A program made the position numbers and the translations under genes. DNA of 64,000 nucleotides, from contig NC_043013.1 of the NCBI RefSeq assembly GCF_006345805.1, positions 26,660,001-26,724,000 of the forward strand, in the 5' to 3' direction. The notes beneath the pieces are model-generated. The model was not told where the DNA came from and made no database searches. It saw only the letters and a list, made by a program, of their open reading frames with translations. Shown here in pieces: positions 12,948 to 24,950 of the stretch. Positions within the stretch are counted from its first letter, which is position 1. The number at the start of each line of letters is the position of its first letter. This stretch comes from Octopus sinensis. Taxonomy: Eukaryota.

Positions 12948-13199
12948 ATGTCTGTTTGTATGTATGTATACCTATCAGGAGTAAATATAGATACAAAAGT
13001 AAAAACTGGAAAGCAGTTTCTGAAATTTTAAACAAATCTTTAAAGTATACTTAATGTATATATGCTAACAATCTGTACATTATTGAAAAAAATGGACACT
13101 TTAATTTATCCATTATCTAAGTTAAAACCAGATAACTGGAAGCCAACATTTTGTTAATGTAAGTTGCTTCAAGTTATTAAATTGTACAGCCATCTTAAT

Positions 13200-13834
13200 A
13201 GTAGTGGTTGCAGGAGAGGTATAAGAGGGGAAGAGAAAGAGAAAATGATGATAATAGTTGTAATGAAAGGGAAGATGGGAGAAGAAAATTAGTGGTGGTG
13301 GTGGTGGTGATGAGAGTAAACATAGAAAGATTAAATATGTCAGAGAAATAGAGGGAGAGAGAGAGAGAGCCAATAAAAGTAGTAGACAGAGGGAATGTGA
13401 TAGGTGAAAATGGTAGTGGTAGTGATGGTGATGGTGGGGAAGAAAAATGTGACAGAGAGGGAGAAGGTAAGAAGGATGTAGAAGGTTGGGGGGATTTAAT
13501 GGAGAGGGGCATGGTAAGAGAAAATTGGTGGAAAGAGAAGGAAGTAACTGAAGAGAGAGGGGTTTAAAGAGCTGGGTTGTAGTGTCAGTGAAGAGGGAAG
13601 AAGTTGGTGATGGTGGTGATGGTAGGTTGAGGAAGGGGAGTAGAACTGAGACAGTGGAAGAGGGAAAAGGGAGGAAATTGGTATTAAGTGGGGTGGGGAG
13701 AATAATTGTGGTGGAAGAAATGGGGTACAGAAGAAAGTGAGGAAGGAGGAGGGAAAGGAAGAAGTAGGAGGTAGAAACTTAATAGGAAAGACAGAAGAAA
13801 AGAAGGGAAGAGGAATATTGGAAGAAAAACGGAG

Positions 13835-13865
<31 letters not shown>

Positions 13866-14125
13866 GAGGGGGTCAATGTACTGTTTAGAGAGAAAACAGG
13901 AAGGGAAGAAAAAAGAAATAATGAAGAAATAAAAGGAGAGAATGTGTATGTGTATGTATGTGTGTGTGTGAGTGAGAGAGGGAGAGAGAGAGAAAGAAAG
14001 AAAAGGAAAGAGAGGAGAGAAGAAAGAGAGAGATGAAATAAGGAAGAAGAGAAAGTTAAATATAAACAAAGAAAAAAGGGAAAGTTGATAGATGAGGAAA
14101 AAAGAGGTCATTGATGAAGAGTACA
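13200..14125. repeat. Purine-rich (GA/GGA/GAA) low-complexity tract
   Basis: Strong strand-asymmetric G/A composition with (GA)n and (GGT)n runs. Confidence 0.85.
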
Positions 14126-14224
14126 TATGTATACGTGTGTGTGTGTGTATGTGTGTGTGTGGTGCCTACCTCACAGCAGAAGTGCTAAGGCTGCATCCCC
14201 TGGTGAAAACGATTGGTCTACAAG

Positions 14225-14460
14225 AGTCCTGTGCTGGTACCACGTAATACCACCTGTGTGGGCCCCCCCCCCCGCGTAAAAGCACCCAGTAACTCTGTAA
14301 AGTGGTTGGTGTTAGGAAGAGCATCCAGCTGTAGAAACCCTGCCAAATCAGACTGGAGCCTGGTGCAGCTGCCCAGCTTGCCAGCTCTGGTCAAATCATC
14401 CAACCCATGCCAGCATGGACAACAGACATTAAATGATGATGATGATGATAATGATGATGA
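14225..14460 (+). mobile_element. RTE-type 3' tail fragment ending in (GAT)n
   Basis: ggttggtgttaggaagagcatccagctgtagaaac...cccatgccagcatggacaacagacattaaatgatgat. Confidence 0.8.
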
Positions 14461-14508
14461 TATATTTAGGTACAATGTGGCCGTGCGGTAAGAAGTTTAC
14501 TTCCCAAC

Positions 14509-14546
<38 letters not shown>

Positions 14547-14551
<5 letters not shown>

Positions 14552-14940
14552 AGTTCAGTAAAAATTTAGATTCAGATGAATATGGTACTTAAGTTGAAGG
14601 CACCAGAATTTAGTATGGTATTATCCATATAATTTAAAATAAGGTGATTATAATCAAAATAAGCAACAAGGATATCGAGAGGTAATGCAGTACGATCGTT
14701 TCATGCAACTCCATTTAATTGAACAATGCAAACATTACATCAATTTAAAATGTAGAGCAATTTTCAGCTGCATAAAAATATAGAATTTAGTTAAATTCGA
14801 AGGACACATTTGTATAATTTTTTTAATCCAAAATCACCAAGAGGATAAGGAAATAGACAAAGAACATGTTTACCAGGAGTCGCAAGAAATAATCGCACTG
14901 CATTACCTCTGGATATCCTTGTTGCTTATTTTGATTATAT
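14547..14940 (-). mobile_element. (TA)n-flanked Penelope-like terminal fragment with a 47-bp inverted repeat and a hammerhead motif
   Basis: Inverted repeat 14650-14696 vs 14892-14938 (2 mismatches); (TA)n at both ends; hammerhead fold at 14686-14772. Confidence 0.65.
14686..14772 (-). ncRNA. Type I hammerhead motif, core degenerate (CUGAAAA)
   Basis: tgcag-CTGAAAA-ttgc..(long loop)..gcat-GAAA-cgatcg-TA-ctgca; palindromic ACGATCGT in stem/loop III. Confidence 0.6.
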
Positions 14941-14941
14941 A

Positions 14942-14977
<36 letters not shown>

Positions 14978-15019
14978 TGTATGTACGTATGTATGTATAT
15001 ATTTGTGTGTCTGTGCTTG

Positions 15020-15200
15020 CCCCCCCCCCAACATCGCTTGACAACTGATGCGGGTGTGTTTACATCCCTGTAACTTAGCAGTTCAGCAGAAGTGACCAAT
15101 AGAATAAGTACTAGGCTTACAAAGAATAAGTCCTGGGGTCGATTTGCTCGATTAAAGGTGGTGTTCCAGCATTACCACAGGCAAATAACTGAAACAATGT
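15020..15200 (+). mobile_element. Family C SINE
   Basis: aacatcgcttgacaactgatg...gaataagtcctggggtcgatttgctcg...ggtgttccagcatt; reverse-complement match to 39735-39930. Confidence 0.75.
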
Positions 15201-16517
15201 TACATGTTTTTAAATAAGAAAAATGTACTTATAAATAATGAATATTGTATAAAAAAAAACAATACAATATAATGCACTGCAATGAAGTGGTTTTATTAAG
15301 TATAATGTAAAGTATCTACCTTGGAGGAAAGACAACTTGAGGATGCTGATGGAGGTGGAGGAAAAAGGCTGAACTGAATAACTGAATCGTTTTTTGCAAC
15401 ATTTTCTGGGTGTTTCTTTTGAATAAAGTCTGAAAGTTCCCCCCATATTCCCAACATTTCCTTTATCGCACCTGTTGAGATAACCTTCTCCACATCGCCT
15501 ACTTCCTGCAAAACCTCCATGTGCTGCTGTGTCTGTAGCTCCTTTAGCTCCTCTGTTATCAGCACCTCAGAGTGCTCCTTGATGAACTCATTGATGTTAC
15601 CTTCATCCATGTCCAGGCCTATGGACTTGCCAAAGGATACAATCTCCTCTACCACTTCCACTTCAGGTTTGAGTCTTTCAAAGTCTGTTTCAAAATCAAC
15701 TTCAAGCTACAGCTTCTTCCTCACAGAAGTCAAGGTCCTCTTTGTAACACCCTTGCCAGGCCATATCGATAATTCTGAGGCATATCACGATGTTATAGTG
15801 GTCCTTCCAGAATTCTCGAAGGGTGAGGTTTGTGCTCTCTGTCACCGCAAAGCAACAGTGGAACAGGTGCTTGGTGAAGAGCTCCTTGAAATTAGAAATA
15901 TCTTGCTGGTCCATGGGCTACAGGATAGGGGTGGTGTTAGGTAGAAGTTAGAGAATCTTTATAAACTTGAACCCTTCTAGGATGTCATCTTTGAGGCTAG
16001 GTGGGTGAGCAAGTACATTGTCCCGGACGTGAAGGGCTTGCAGTGGTAGGTTACTTTCCTGGAGATATTTTTTAATATCATGACCAAAGACCAAATTCAC
16101 CCACTCCCCCTGGGAACTAGCTGGTGACCCATGCCCTTGGATTTGCCCTCCACATAACGTGCAGTTTTCTTTCAGGATCTTATGTAACTTAAAGACTGAG
16201 GTTTTCTGAATGATAAACAAGCAGCAGCTTAATTTTGCAGTCACCTCTCAAATTGGCATACAGTGCGAGAGTTAGCCTATCCTTCATGGATTTGTGGCAT
16301 GGCATCCTCTTCTCCTCTGCTATTATATAAGTCCTCCTTGGCATCTTCTTCCAAAAAAGTCCTGTCTTGTCACAATTGAAGACTTTCTGGGGGTTGTATC
16401 CCTCAGCAAAAGTTTTGCTAATGTGCATGTCTGTCTAGCTATCAAGTAACAGCCGAGCGACAGCTCGTATCTCAAAAAACTCGTTAGTTGAGACACTCGT
16501 AAGTCAAGGTACCACTA
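15200..16517 (-). mobile_element. Tigger/pogo DNA transposon remnant (left boundary uncertain)
   Basis: FNCDKTGLFWKKMPRRTY..KDRLTL..YHSEN is a Tigger DDE signature; terminus tagtggtaccttgacttacgag is Tigger TIR-like; the ORF is fragmented across frames. Confidence 0.85.
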
Positions 16518-16524
16518 CATATAT

Positions 16525-16770
16525 CATCATCATCATCATCATCGTTTAACGTCTGTTTTCCATGCTAGCATGGTTGGACGGTTCAACCGGGGTCTGGGAA
16601 GCCAGGAGGCTGCACCAGGCTCCAGTCTGATCTGGCAGTGTTTCTACAGCTGGATGCCCTTCCTAATGCCAACCACTCCGTGAGTGTAGTGGGTGCTTTT
16701 TACGTGCCACCGGCACAGGTGCCAGGGGAGGCTGGCAGCGGCCACGATCAGTTGGTGCTTTTTATATATA
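16525..16770 (-). mobile_element. RTE 3' tail fragment
   Basis: (CAT)n followed by gtttaacgtctgttttccatgctagcatgg...ctggatgcccttcctaatgccaacc. Confidence 0.8.
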
Positions 16771-16964
16771 GACACACACACATCTAACAAAATCATTCAC
16801 AAGACATTGGATGGTTTTAAGTTGTAGAAGACACTTCCCCAATGTGTTGTGCAGTGGATTTGAACCCAAACTACAGGATTGCAAAGTGAGCTATGAACCA
16901 AAAAATTAAAAAGCTAAAAGACCTATGGGGTATATATATCTAACCTCTCTGTCCCGATGTCTCT

Positions 16965-17056
16965 CTCTTTCACTTGTTTCAGCCATCCGACTATGGCCAC
17001 GCCGGAGCACCGCCTTTAGTCGAGCAAATCGACTCCGGGATATATATATATATATT

Positions 17057-17114
<58 letters not shown>

Positions 17115-17345
17115 CATACACACACACACATAAATACATGTATATATACACACACACACATTCTTTAACTTGTTTCAGTTATTTGACTGCGGCCATGCTG
17201 GAGCACTGCCTTTTAGTGGTACAAATTGACCCCAGGACTTATTCTTTGTAAGCCTGGTACTTATTCTATCAGGCTCTTTTGCTGAACTGCTAAGTTAGAG
17301 GGATGTAAACACAAGTGATGGTGGGAGGACAAACACAGACACAAA
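16965..17345 (-). mobile_element. Two tandem family C SINE pieces separated by (TA)n
   Basis: acttgtttcag...gcaccgcctttagtcg occurs at about 16972 and again at about 17168. Confidence 0.75.
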
Positions 17346-17399
17346 TAACAAATGCTTACATACATACACACACACACTCACATACATATATATATATAT

Positions 17400-17545
17400 G
17401 ATTGGTTTTTTCAGTTTCCGTCAACCAAATCCACTCACAAGGCTTTAGTCAGCCTGAGGCTATAGCAGAAGACACTTGCCCAAGGTGCCACGCAGTGGGA
17501 CTGAACCCGGAACCATGTAGTTGAGATGCAAGCTTCTTGCCACAT
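17400..17545 (-). mobile_element. Family A SINE
   Basis: cagtttccgtcaaccaaatccactcacaaggc...gggactgaacccggaaccatg. Additional copies at about 16790-16900, 18000-18120 and 42170-42265. Confidence 0.8.
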
Positions 17546-18704
17546 TCCCACTCCTGCACTTATATATGCATGTATATATCATCGTCATCATCTTCATTTA
17601 ATGTCCATTTTCCATGCTGGCATGGGTTGGACAGTTTACCAGGAGCTGTCCAGCTGAAGGGCTGTATCAGGCTCCATGTCTGTTTTGGCAAGTTTTCTAT
17701 GGCTGGATGCCCTTCCTAATGCCAACCACTTTACAGTGTGTACTGGTAGCTTTTATGTGGCACCAGCACCTATGAACCTGAAAGCTTAGGGATGCTCAGC
17801 TGGAGAGGGTTGCAGGGGATGCAAGGGCAACCATGCTTTTACTAAGCTTGACATGTCATTTTAGGCACAGCAAACTGCCAGGAGTCTTGGTACCCTGACA
17901 TCTCCTCTGTGTGTTCCAATATCTGTAGATCCTTTCTTCCCATTTCATCCCACATCTTCCTGAATCTGGAACATATATATATATATATATATATATATGA
18001 CTGGCATCTTTCAGTTTCTCTCTACCAAATCCACTCACAAGGCCTTGATTGGCCTAAGGCTATAGTAGAAAACACTTGCCCAAGGTGCCATACAGTAGGA
18101 CTGAACCCCAAACTATGGTGTTCCAAAGTAAACTTTGCTTTGGTTTTCTAGGAAGAGGTGGTGGCCCTACACAAACCCATTTTTGTACTTCTGTAAAGAA
18201 GTGGTCCATATTAGCTGAGCCTCTATCCCCTGACCTGTCCAGCATGGGAGACACAACCCAAGCACTTGTACTTCACTGGAATAACTCAAAGGGTCAAGGC
18301 TTGCAAGCCATCGCATCTCACATCTCAAGAAGGAATGGACCTTGAGGTGGGTTTTTACACTACCACCCAACAGCAAAAGGATTCCACACAAGCAGCAGAT
18401 ATGATTTGTAAAAAATAAAAATAAAAATAATTCAAAGTCAAACAAGAAGAAACAAAGAAAAGAAAATTCTTTGACTGAATTGAAACCAACAAGGAAAAGT
18501 TTTATATTAATCAGCAAAATTTTTGGTACATTTTACATTTCTGCAACAAAAGCCTGTCTTCTTCATGCATTCTTACAAGAGACCAAACTAAAGACTATTG
18601 ATGTCAGAATTTCAAGAAGCGAAGAAAAAGAACTTTAAATCTAATATTCAACATAGTTTATGACTTTCTGAACAAAAAGAAGACAAATAAAAAAATATAC
18701 TATT

Positions 18705-18928
18705 ATTGCTGTTGTTGTTGTGGTTATCATCATCATCATCATCATCATCATCAACCACCACCACCACCACCACCACCACCACCAACAACAACAACACCAA
18801 CAACAACAACACCACCACCACACACCACCACCACCAACAACAACAACACCACCACCACCAACCACCACCACCACCACCACCACCACACCGCCGCCGCCAC
18901 CACCACCACCACCACCACCACCACCACC

Positions 18929-18974
<46 letters not shown>

Positions 18975-18975
18975 T
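18705..18975. repeat. Compound trinucleotide tract (CAT)(CAC)(CAA)(CGC)(TAC)
   Basis: Seen directly. Confidence 0.95.
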
Positions 18976-19158
18976 GACCTGAATAATTAATCAAGAATTT
19001 CCATAGGATTTATGCATTTTCTTCTTTCTTTCTTTTTTTTTTGTTTTTGGTTGTTTTTATTTCTATATCAACTAAAAATAGAATTCATCTCAATTGCACT
19101 GCAAATGTTGGAACCCATTATACTTTCCAATAACCTGCTTGTGTGATGTCATACTTAC

Positions 19159-19204
19159 TAACATTAGGTGAGGTGACCGCAGCATAATGACAGGCAAAGG
19201 AAGA
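19159..19204 (-). other. Candidate micro-exon
   Basis: Acceptor tttattttgcttacttctcag|TCTTCC and donor |gtaagt (46 nt), or alternative donor |gttagt (42 nt, SSFACHYAAVTSPN); no homology support. Confidence 0.25.
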
Positions 19205-19796
19205 CTGAGAAGTAAGCAAAATAAATAATAAAAAAATAAGCAAAGTATAACAAAAGCAAAATGATATCAATAGTAATATTAATAATAATAATAATAATAA
19301 TAATAACAACAATGATGATGATGACAGCAACAATGATGGTGGTGGTTGTGATAACGGTGGTGGTGGTGGTGCTGGATATAAACATAAATAAATAAAAAGA
19401 TAAACAAAAAAAGGCTTTATAAGGCCAGAAATATATGTAAGGCAGAGCATCAGTGTGAAAAGGTCAATTGGAAAGACCGGCAGTGGGGGGGGGGGGGAGA
19501 AGAACCAAAAATGGAGAAAAAAAGTTATTGAATTAATAAATAAAAAAAAAGAAGTTATTTTGATATGTATATTGATAAAAAAAAAATACCAGCTTAGCAA
19601 CAGAGACAAGTATGAAAAAAAAAATATATATATATATATGTGTATACAAAAAATACAAAACAATAAAAATAACATCAAATTTTTTTTATAAACAATAAAA
19701 ATAAAAGTGTACAAAAAATATCCACTGTTGCTAATGAAAAATATTGCAAAAAGAATAAAAAAATTGTACATGCATGTATACTTGCATACATATATA

Positions 19797-19847
<51 letters not shown>

Positions 19848-20267
19848 TATATATATATTATGTATATATATGTATGTCTATATATATATGCATTTATGTA
19901 TGTATGTCTGCATGCATGTATATATGTCTGTATGTACACACATACACACACACACACATACGCACATACATATACATACATAGACATACAGTTTCAGAGA
20001 ACTTAGAATAAAGGCTGCTGGCCAAAAGAGTGTTGAGATTGAATAGAAGAATTTGGAGATATGGATGTCTGCTTGTGTTAAAGCAGATAAGAAGTCTACT
20101 TGTTCGCATAAGGAATTGTTGCAAACGATTTTATAGAGAAATAATCAAACAAGCATAATGACGCCTGTCTTAGTCTAACAAGGAAATATTACATTGATAT
20201 AATAAAATGTCTTTTGTATGTATATGCATGTATATGAGTGTGTTTGTGTGTGTGTATGTGTGTGTGA

Positions 20268-20332
<65 letters not shown>

Positions 20333-20387
20333 GTATATGTATGGCTGTATGTATGTATGCACATATATATGTGTGTGTGTTTATATA

Positions 20388-20418
<31 letters not shown>

Positions 20419-20423
20419 TATAT

Positions 20424-20457
<34 letters not shown>

Positions 20458-20546
20458 ATATATATATATATATTATATATATATATGTATATATGTATAT
20501 ATATGTACATATATATGTATATATATATATATATATTATATATATA

Positions 20547-20616
<70 letters not shown>

Positions 20617-20664
20617 GTATATACTCACATGCTGCCATATATACAGATAGTTATCAAATATATG

Positions 20665-20715
<51 letters not shown>

Positions 20716-21324
20716 GCTCGCGCGCACACACACACACACGCACACACACCCACGCACACACACACGCACACACACACATGCACACACACACACAGACACA
20801 CACACACACACCTCTATCCGTAAGTCCATGTTGTCAAGTACACAGTAAGCATTCACCAAAGACGTAGGCATGATGATAGAAAATGATATATGATGAATGA
20901 AAAAGGATTTTGGTTTTACTTTTATTTTTGTTTAGTTTTTTAATCATTTTTATTAACTTTTCTGGGAAGAAAGACAAAAAACAATAAACAGGAAAGTAGT
21001 TGACCCTTTAGCATTCAGAATATTAAGAGTTTTAGTTATTCTGTTATTCCTTTATTCATTTATTGAGTTCAGCCGTTTGATTGCAGTCATGTTAGATCAC
21101 CATCTTAGAGGTGTTTTAGTTATTTATATACGGAAGTGAAACACAACTATATACCAAAATACCAAAGTCAATGTCAGCTGACCAGATATGGCCATCCAAC
21201 CAGATATGGCCATCCAACCAGAACAATTGATCTATATAGAGAAAAATAACACACATAAGCAACCATGGATCCTATATGTGTGTGTGTGTGAGTGTAACAC
21301 ACACACACACACACACACACATAT

Positions 21325-21956
21325 CATCATCATCATCATCATCATTGTTTAACATCCATTTTCTATGCTGGCATGGGTTGGATGGTTTGTCTGATGTCTG
21401 GGAACCCAGTGGCCTGCACCAGGCTCCAATCTGATCTGGCAATGGTTCTGCAGCTAGATGCCCTTCCTAATGCTAACCACTCCGAGAGTGTAGTGGGTGC
21501 TTTTTAATTTTCCACTGGCACAAGAGCCAGTCAGGTGGCCCTAGCATCGATCACGTTCGGACAGTGCTTTTTACATGCCACTGGCACGGAAGCCAGTCAG
21601 GAGCATTGGTATCATCCACATTTGGATGGTGCTTTTTATGTGCCATCGGCACAGGAGCCACTCAGGATGCCTTGGCATTCATCACATTCGGATAGTGCCT
21701 TTTACATCCCATTGGCACAGGAGCCACTCAGGCGGCCTTGGCATCAACCACATTTGGATAGTGTTTTTTATGTGCCACTGGCACAGGAGCTATTCAGAGG
21801 ATACTGGCATCAGCTGTGTTCAAGTGCTGCTATTTATGTGCCACTTGTACGGAAGACCACTCAGTCGGCCCTGGCATCGATCACGTTAAAGAGCATCCAG
21901 CTGTAGAAACCATGCCAAATTAGACTGGAACCCGATGCAGGGAATGCAGACGCTAA

Positions 21957-21990
<34 letters not shown>
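21325..21990. mobile_element. RTE 3'-UTR fragment with a six-unit ~66-bp minisatellite, fused head-to-head with an opposite-strand RTE tail
   Basis: (CAT)n start, six units at 21496-21887, then gagcatccagctgtagaaac...gacgctaaatgatgat. Confidence 0.8.
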
Positions 21991-22200
21991 CATATAATAG
22001 AGATATTAGTGAGGGATATTAGTACACCGGGCAAATACTATTGTTTAGATTAGTTAAGGACATCAAGTATTCTCATGGCAGGGTCCAGGGTTATAGTTCA
22101 TCATCATTCTGTATTGTAAATCCATGGTTGTGTTCCAGTTATACTGGTTTTCCAGAATAATATACAGGACAAGGCATAAATAATGGGGATTAGATATTTC

Positions 22201-23940
22201 TTTCATCATCATCATCATCATCATTTAGCGTCCATTTTCCATGCTAGCATGGGTTGGACGGTTCAACTGGGGTCTGTGAAAACGGAAGGCTTCATCAGGC
22301 CCAGTCAGATCTGGCAGTGTTTCTACGGCTGGATGCCCTTCCTAACGCCAACCACTCCGTGAGTGTAGTGGGTGCTTTTTACGTGCCACCTGCACAGGTG
22401 CCAGACAGAGCTGGCAAACGGCCACAAACGGATGGTGCTTTTATGTGCCACCAGCACGGGGGCCAGGCGAGGCTGGCAACGGACACGAACGGATGGTGCT
22501 TTTACGTGCCACCGGCACGGAGGCCAGACAGGGCGGCGCCGACAACGACCACGATCGGATGGTTCGTTTAACCACAGCTGCAATTTCCACTGATGTTGAT
22601 CGACCTCAATTTTGGTTCTGCTTTCTGATATCTGATTTGATTTGGTTTGATTTTGACTTTGATTGTTTTCACTGGTCTTGCCGGGTCTTCTCATGCACAG
22701 CATACTTCCATAGGTCTCGGTCTCTAGTCATTTCCTTGGTGAGACCTAAAGTTCGAAGGTCGTGCTTCACCACCTCGTCCCAGGTTTTCCTGGGTCTACC
22801 TCTTCCACAGGTTCCCTCAACTGCTAGGGTGTGGCACTTTTGCACACAACTATCTTCACCCATTCTCGTCACATGCCCATACCAGCGCAGACGTCTCCTT
22901 TGCTGATGCTTCTTAGGTTCAACTTTTCTCTCAAGGTACTTACACTCTGTCGATTATGAACACTGACATTACACATCCATCGGAGCATACTGGCTTCATT
23001 TCTTGCGAGCTTACGCATATCCTCAGCAGTCACAGCCCATGTTTCACTACCATGTAGCATGGCTGTACATACACATGCATCATACAGTCTGCCTTTTACT
23101 CTGAGCGAGAGGCCTTTTGTCACCAGCAGGGGTAAGAGCTCTCTAAACTTTGCCCAGGCTATTCTTACTCTAGCAGTTACACTTTCAGCACACCCACCCC
23201 CGCTACTGACTTGGTCACCTAGGTAGCGGAAGCTATCAACTACTTCTAGTTTTTCTCCCTGGAACGTGGTAGAAGTTGGTCTCCGCACATTTTCAGTGTT
23301 TATTGCTCCTGAGCATCTGCCACAGACAAAAACTATTTTCCTAGTTAGCCTTCTTTGACATTGCTACACCTCTTATGTGTCCATAGCTTGCATTTGGTGC
23401 ACCTTATAGAGTTTCTACCTACACCTTTTTTATAGATCGAGCAGGGCCATCTACCTGAAGGCGTTTGTGACTTGTCTACTTTCCTACTTATTAGGACTTT
23501 GGTTTTGGCTAGGTTGATTCTAAGGCCCTTCGATTCTAAACCTTGCTTCCACACCTGAACTTCTCCTCCAGTTCTGATAGTGACTCAGCAATTAGAGCAA
23601 GGTCATCAGCATAGAAGAGCTCCCAGGGGCATCCTGTCTTGAATTCCTCTGTTATTGCCTGGAGGACTATGATAAATAGGAGGGGACTGAGGACTGAACC
23701 TTGGTGGACCCCAACCTCTACCCGGAATTCTTCACTGTACTCATTGCCAACCCTCACCTTACTAGCAGCGTCTCTGTACATGGCTCGCACAGCTCTCACT
23801 AACCATTCATCTATCCCTAGTTTCCTCATTGACCACCAGAGGCTTTCTCCATGTCAACAAAAGCCAGGTACAGGGGCCTATCTTTGGCTAGGTATTTTTC
23901 CTGCAGCTGTCTTACCAGGAATATAGCATCAGTAGTACTT
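22201..23940 (-). mobile_element. 5'-truncated RTE-clade LINE (reverse transcriptase pseudogene plus 3' UTR)
   Basis: STTDAIFLVRQLQEK..LAFVDMEKA; [13 protein letters not shown]; LFYADDL; FRYLG; LYDACVCTAMLHGSETW; GRGRPRKTW. Frameshifted; (GAT)n tail. Confidence 0.95.
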
Positions 23941-24179
23941 TTATATATAAAGAAGATATATAAGAAAGGGAGAGATGGAGAGAGCGAGGGGAAAAGAGAG
24001 AAAGAGAAAGTGAGAGAGAGAATGATCAACCAACAAACTAAAAAATGAGATGCTGTGTAAACTTGTCAGTGACCAAGTCACTGTTTGTGTGATGAAACTT
24101 TTGACACCATATAGAAAGTTATAAGTTTTTGAGTGAGGTTAAGAATCTGTGTGTATTCTTGAATGGCTAATAAGTGTCT

Positions 24180-24500
24180 TTCAAAGGTAAAGTCAACCTC
24201 AATGGAATTTGAACTCAGAATGTTTAGACAGATGAATTGACACTAACTATTTTGCTTGGTGTGCTAACGAATCTGTCAGCTCACCTCTTTAGAATGTACT
24301 TAAATATTAGCTTCAAATTTAGGCACAATGTCAGCAGTTTCTAGGGGAAGGGGTAAGTGGATTACATCAGCCCCAGTGCTGTACTGGGACTTATTTCATC
24401 TTTACAAAGTCAATAAAATAAGTACCAGTTGAGCACTTGGGTCAATGTAATCAACTTATCCTCTCCTCTGAAGTTGCTGACCATGTGCCATCATTAGAAA
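24180..24500. mobile_element. Family B SINE remnants
   Basis: aaaggtaaagtcaacctcaatggaatttgaactcagaatg (minus strand) and aataagtaccagttgagcacttgggtcaatgtaatc (plus strand). Confidence 0.65.
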
Positions 24501-24804
24501 CCAGCCTATGTCTTTCATGCTGTAATTGTTTTAGTTTCAACACATGATCTCAGATCAAATCAGCTGCTAAGTAAAAAAAAAATATGAGGATATGATGAAA
24601 TTAAGGAAGACTGAATTTGGTTTAACGCCACCATCTGGCATTTTGGGAACCATTAGTTGATTCCACAATGTTGCAAGCATTCAGAATAGGACTTTGGTTT
24701 TAGGATATCTTCCTCCATCCCTCCCTCCAACTAGTTTCAAAACTCCCATGAATGGTCATGGACACTACCTTCTCTCCTGATTAAAAAAGCATTTTAGAAA
24801 AAAA

Positions 24805-24950
24805 GCCATGGCTGTGTGGTCAAGGTACTTGCTTTGCAACCATGTGATTTCAGATCCAGTCCCATGGTGTGACATCTTGGGCAAGGGTCTTTTACTATAG
24901 CACCAAGCCAATTAATTCTTTGTAAGTGAATTTTGACAGATGGAAACTGT
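24805..24950 (+). mobile_element. Family A SINE
   Basis: atggctgtgtggtcaaggtacttgctttgcaaccatgtg...gggcaagggtcttttactatag...gacagatggaaactg. Confidence 0.7.

Noticed and set aside
18130-18320. Resemblance to an RTE 5' UTR, with a possible HDV-like ribozyme
   Set aside because: The similarity is from memory only, and no nested double-pseudoknot could be assembled by eye.
21496-21887. CRISPR-like appearance of the 66-bp repeat arrays
   Set aside because: The variable parts are homologous to each other (diverged tandem units), the arrays lie inside RTE 3' UTRs, the context is eukaryotic and there are no cas genes.
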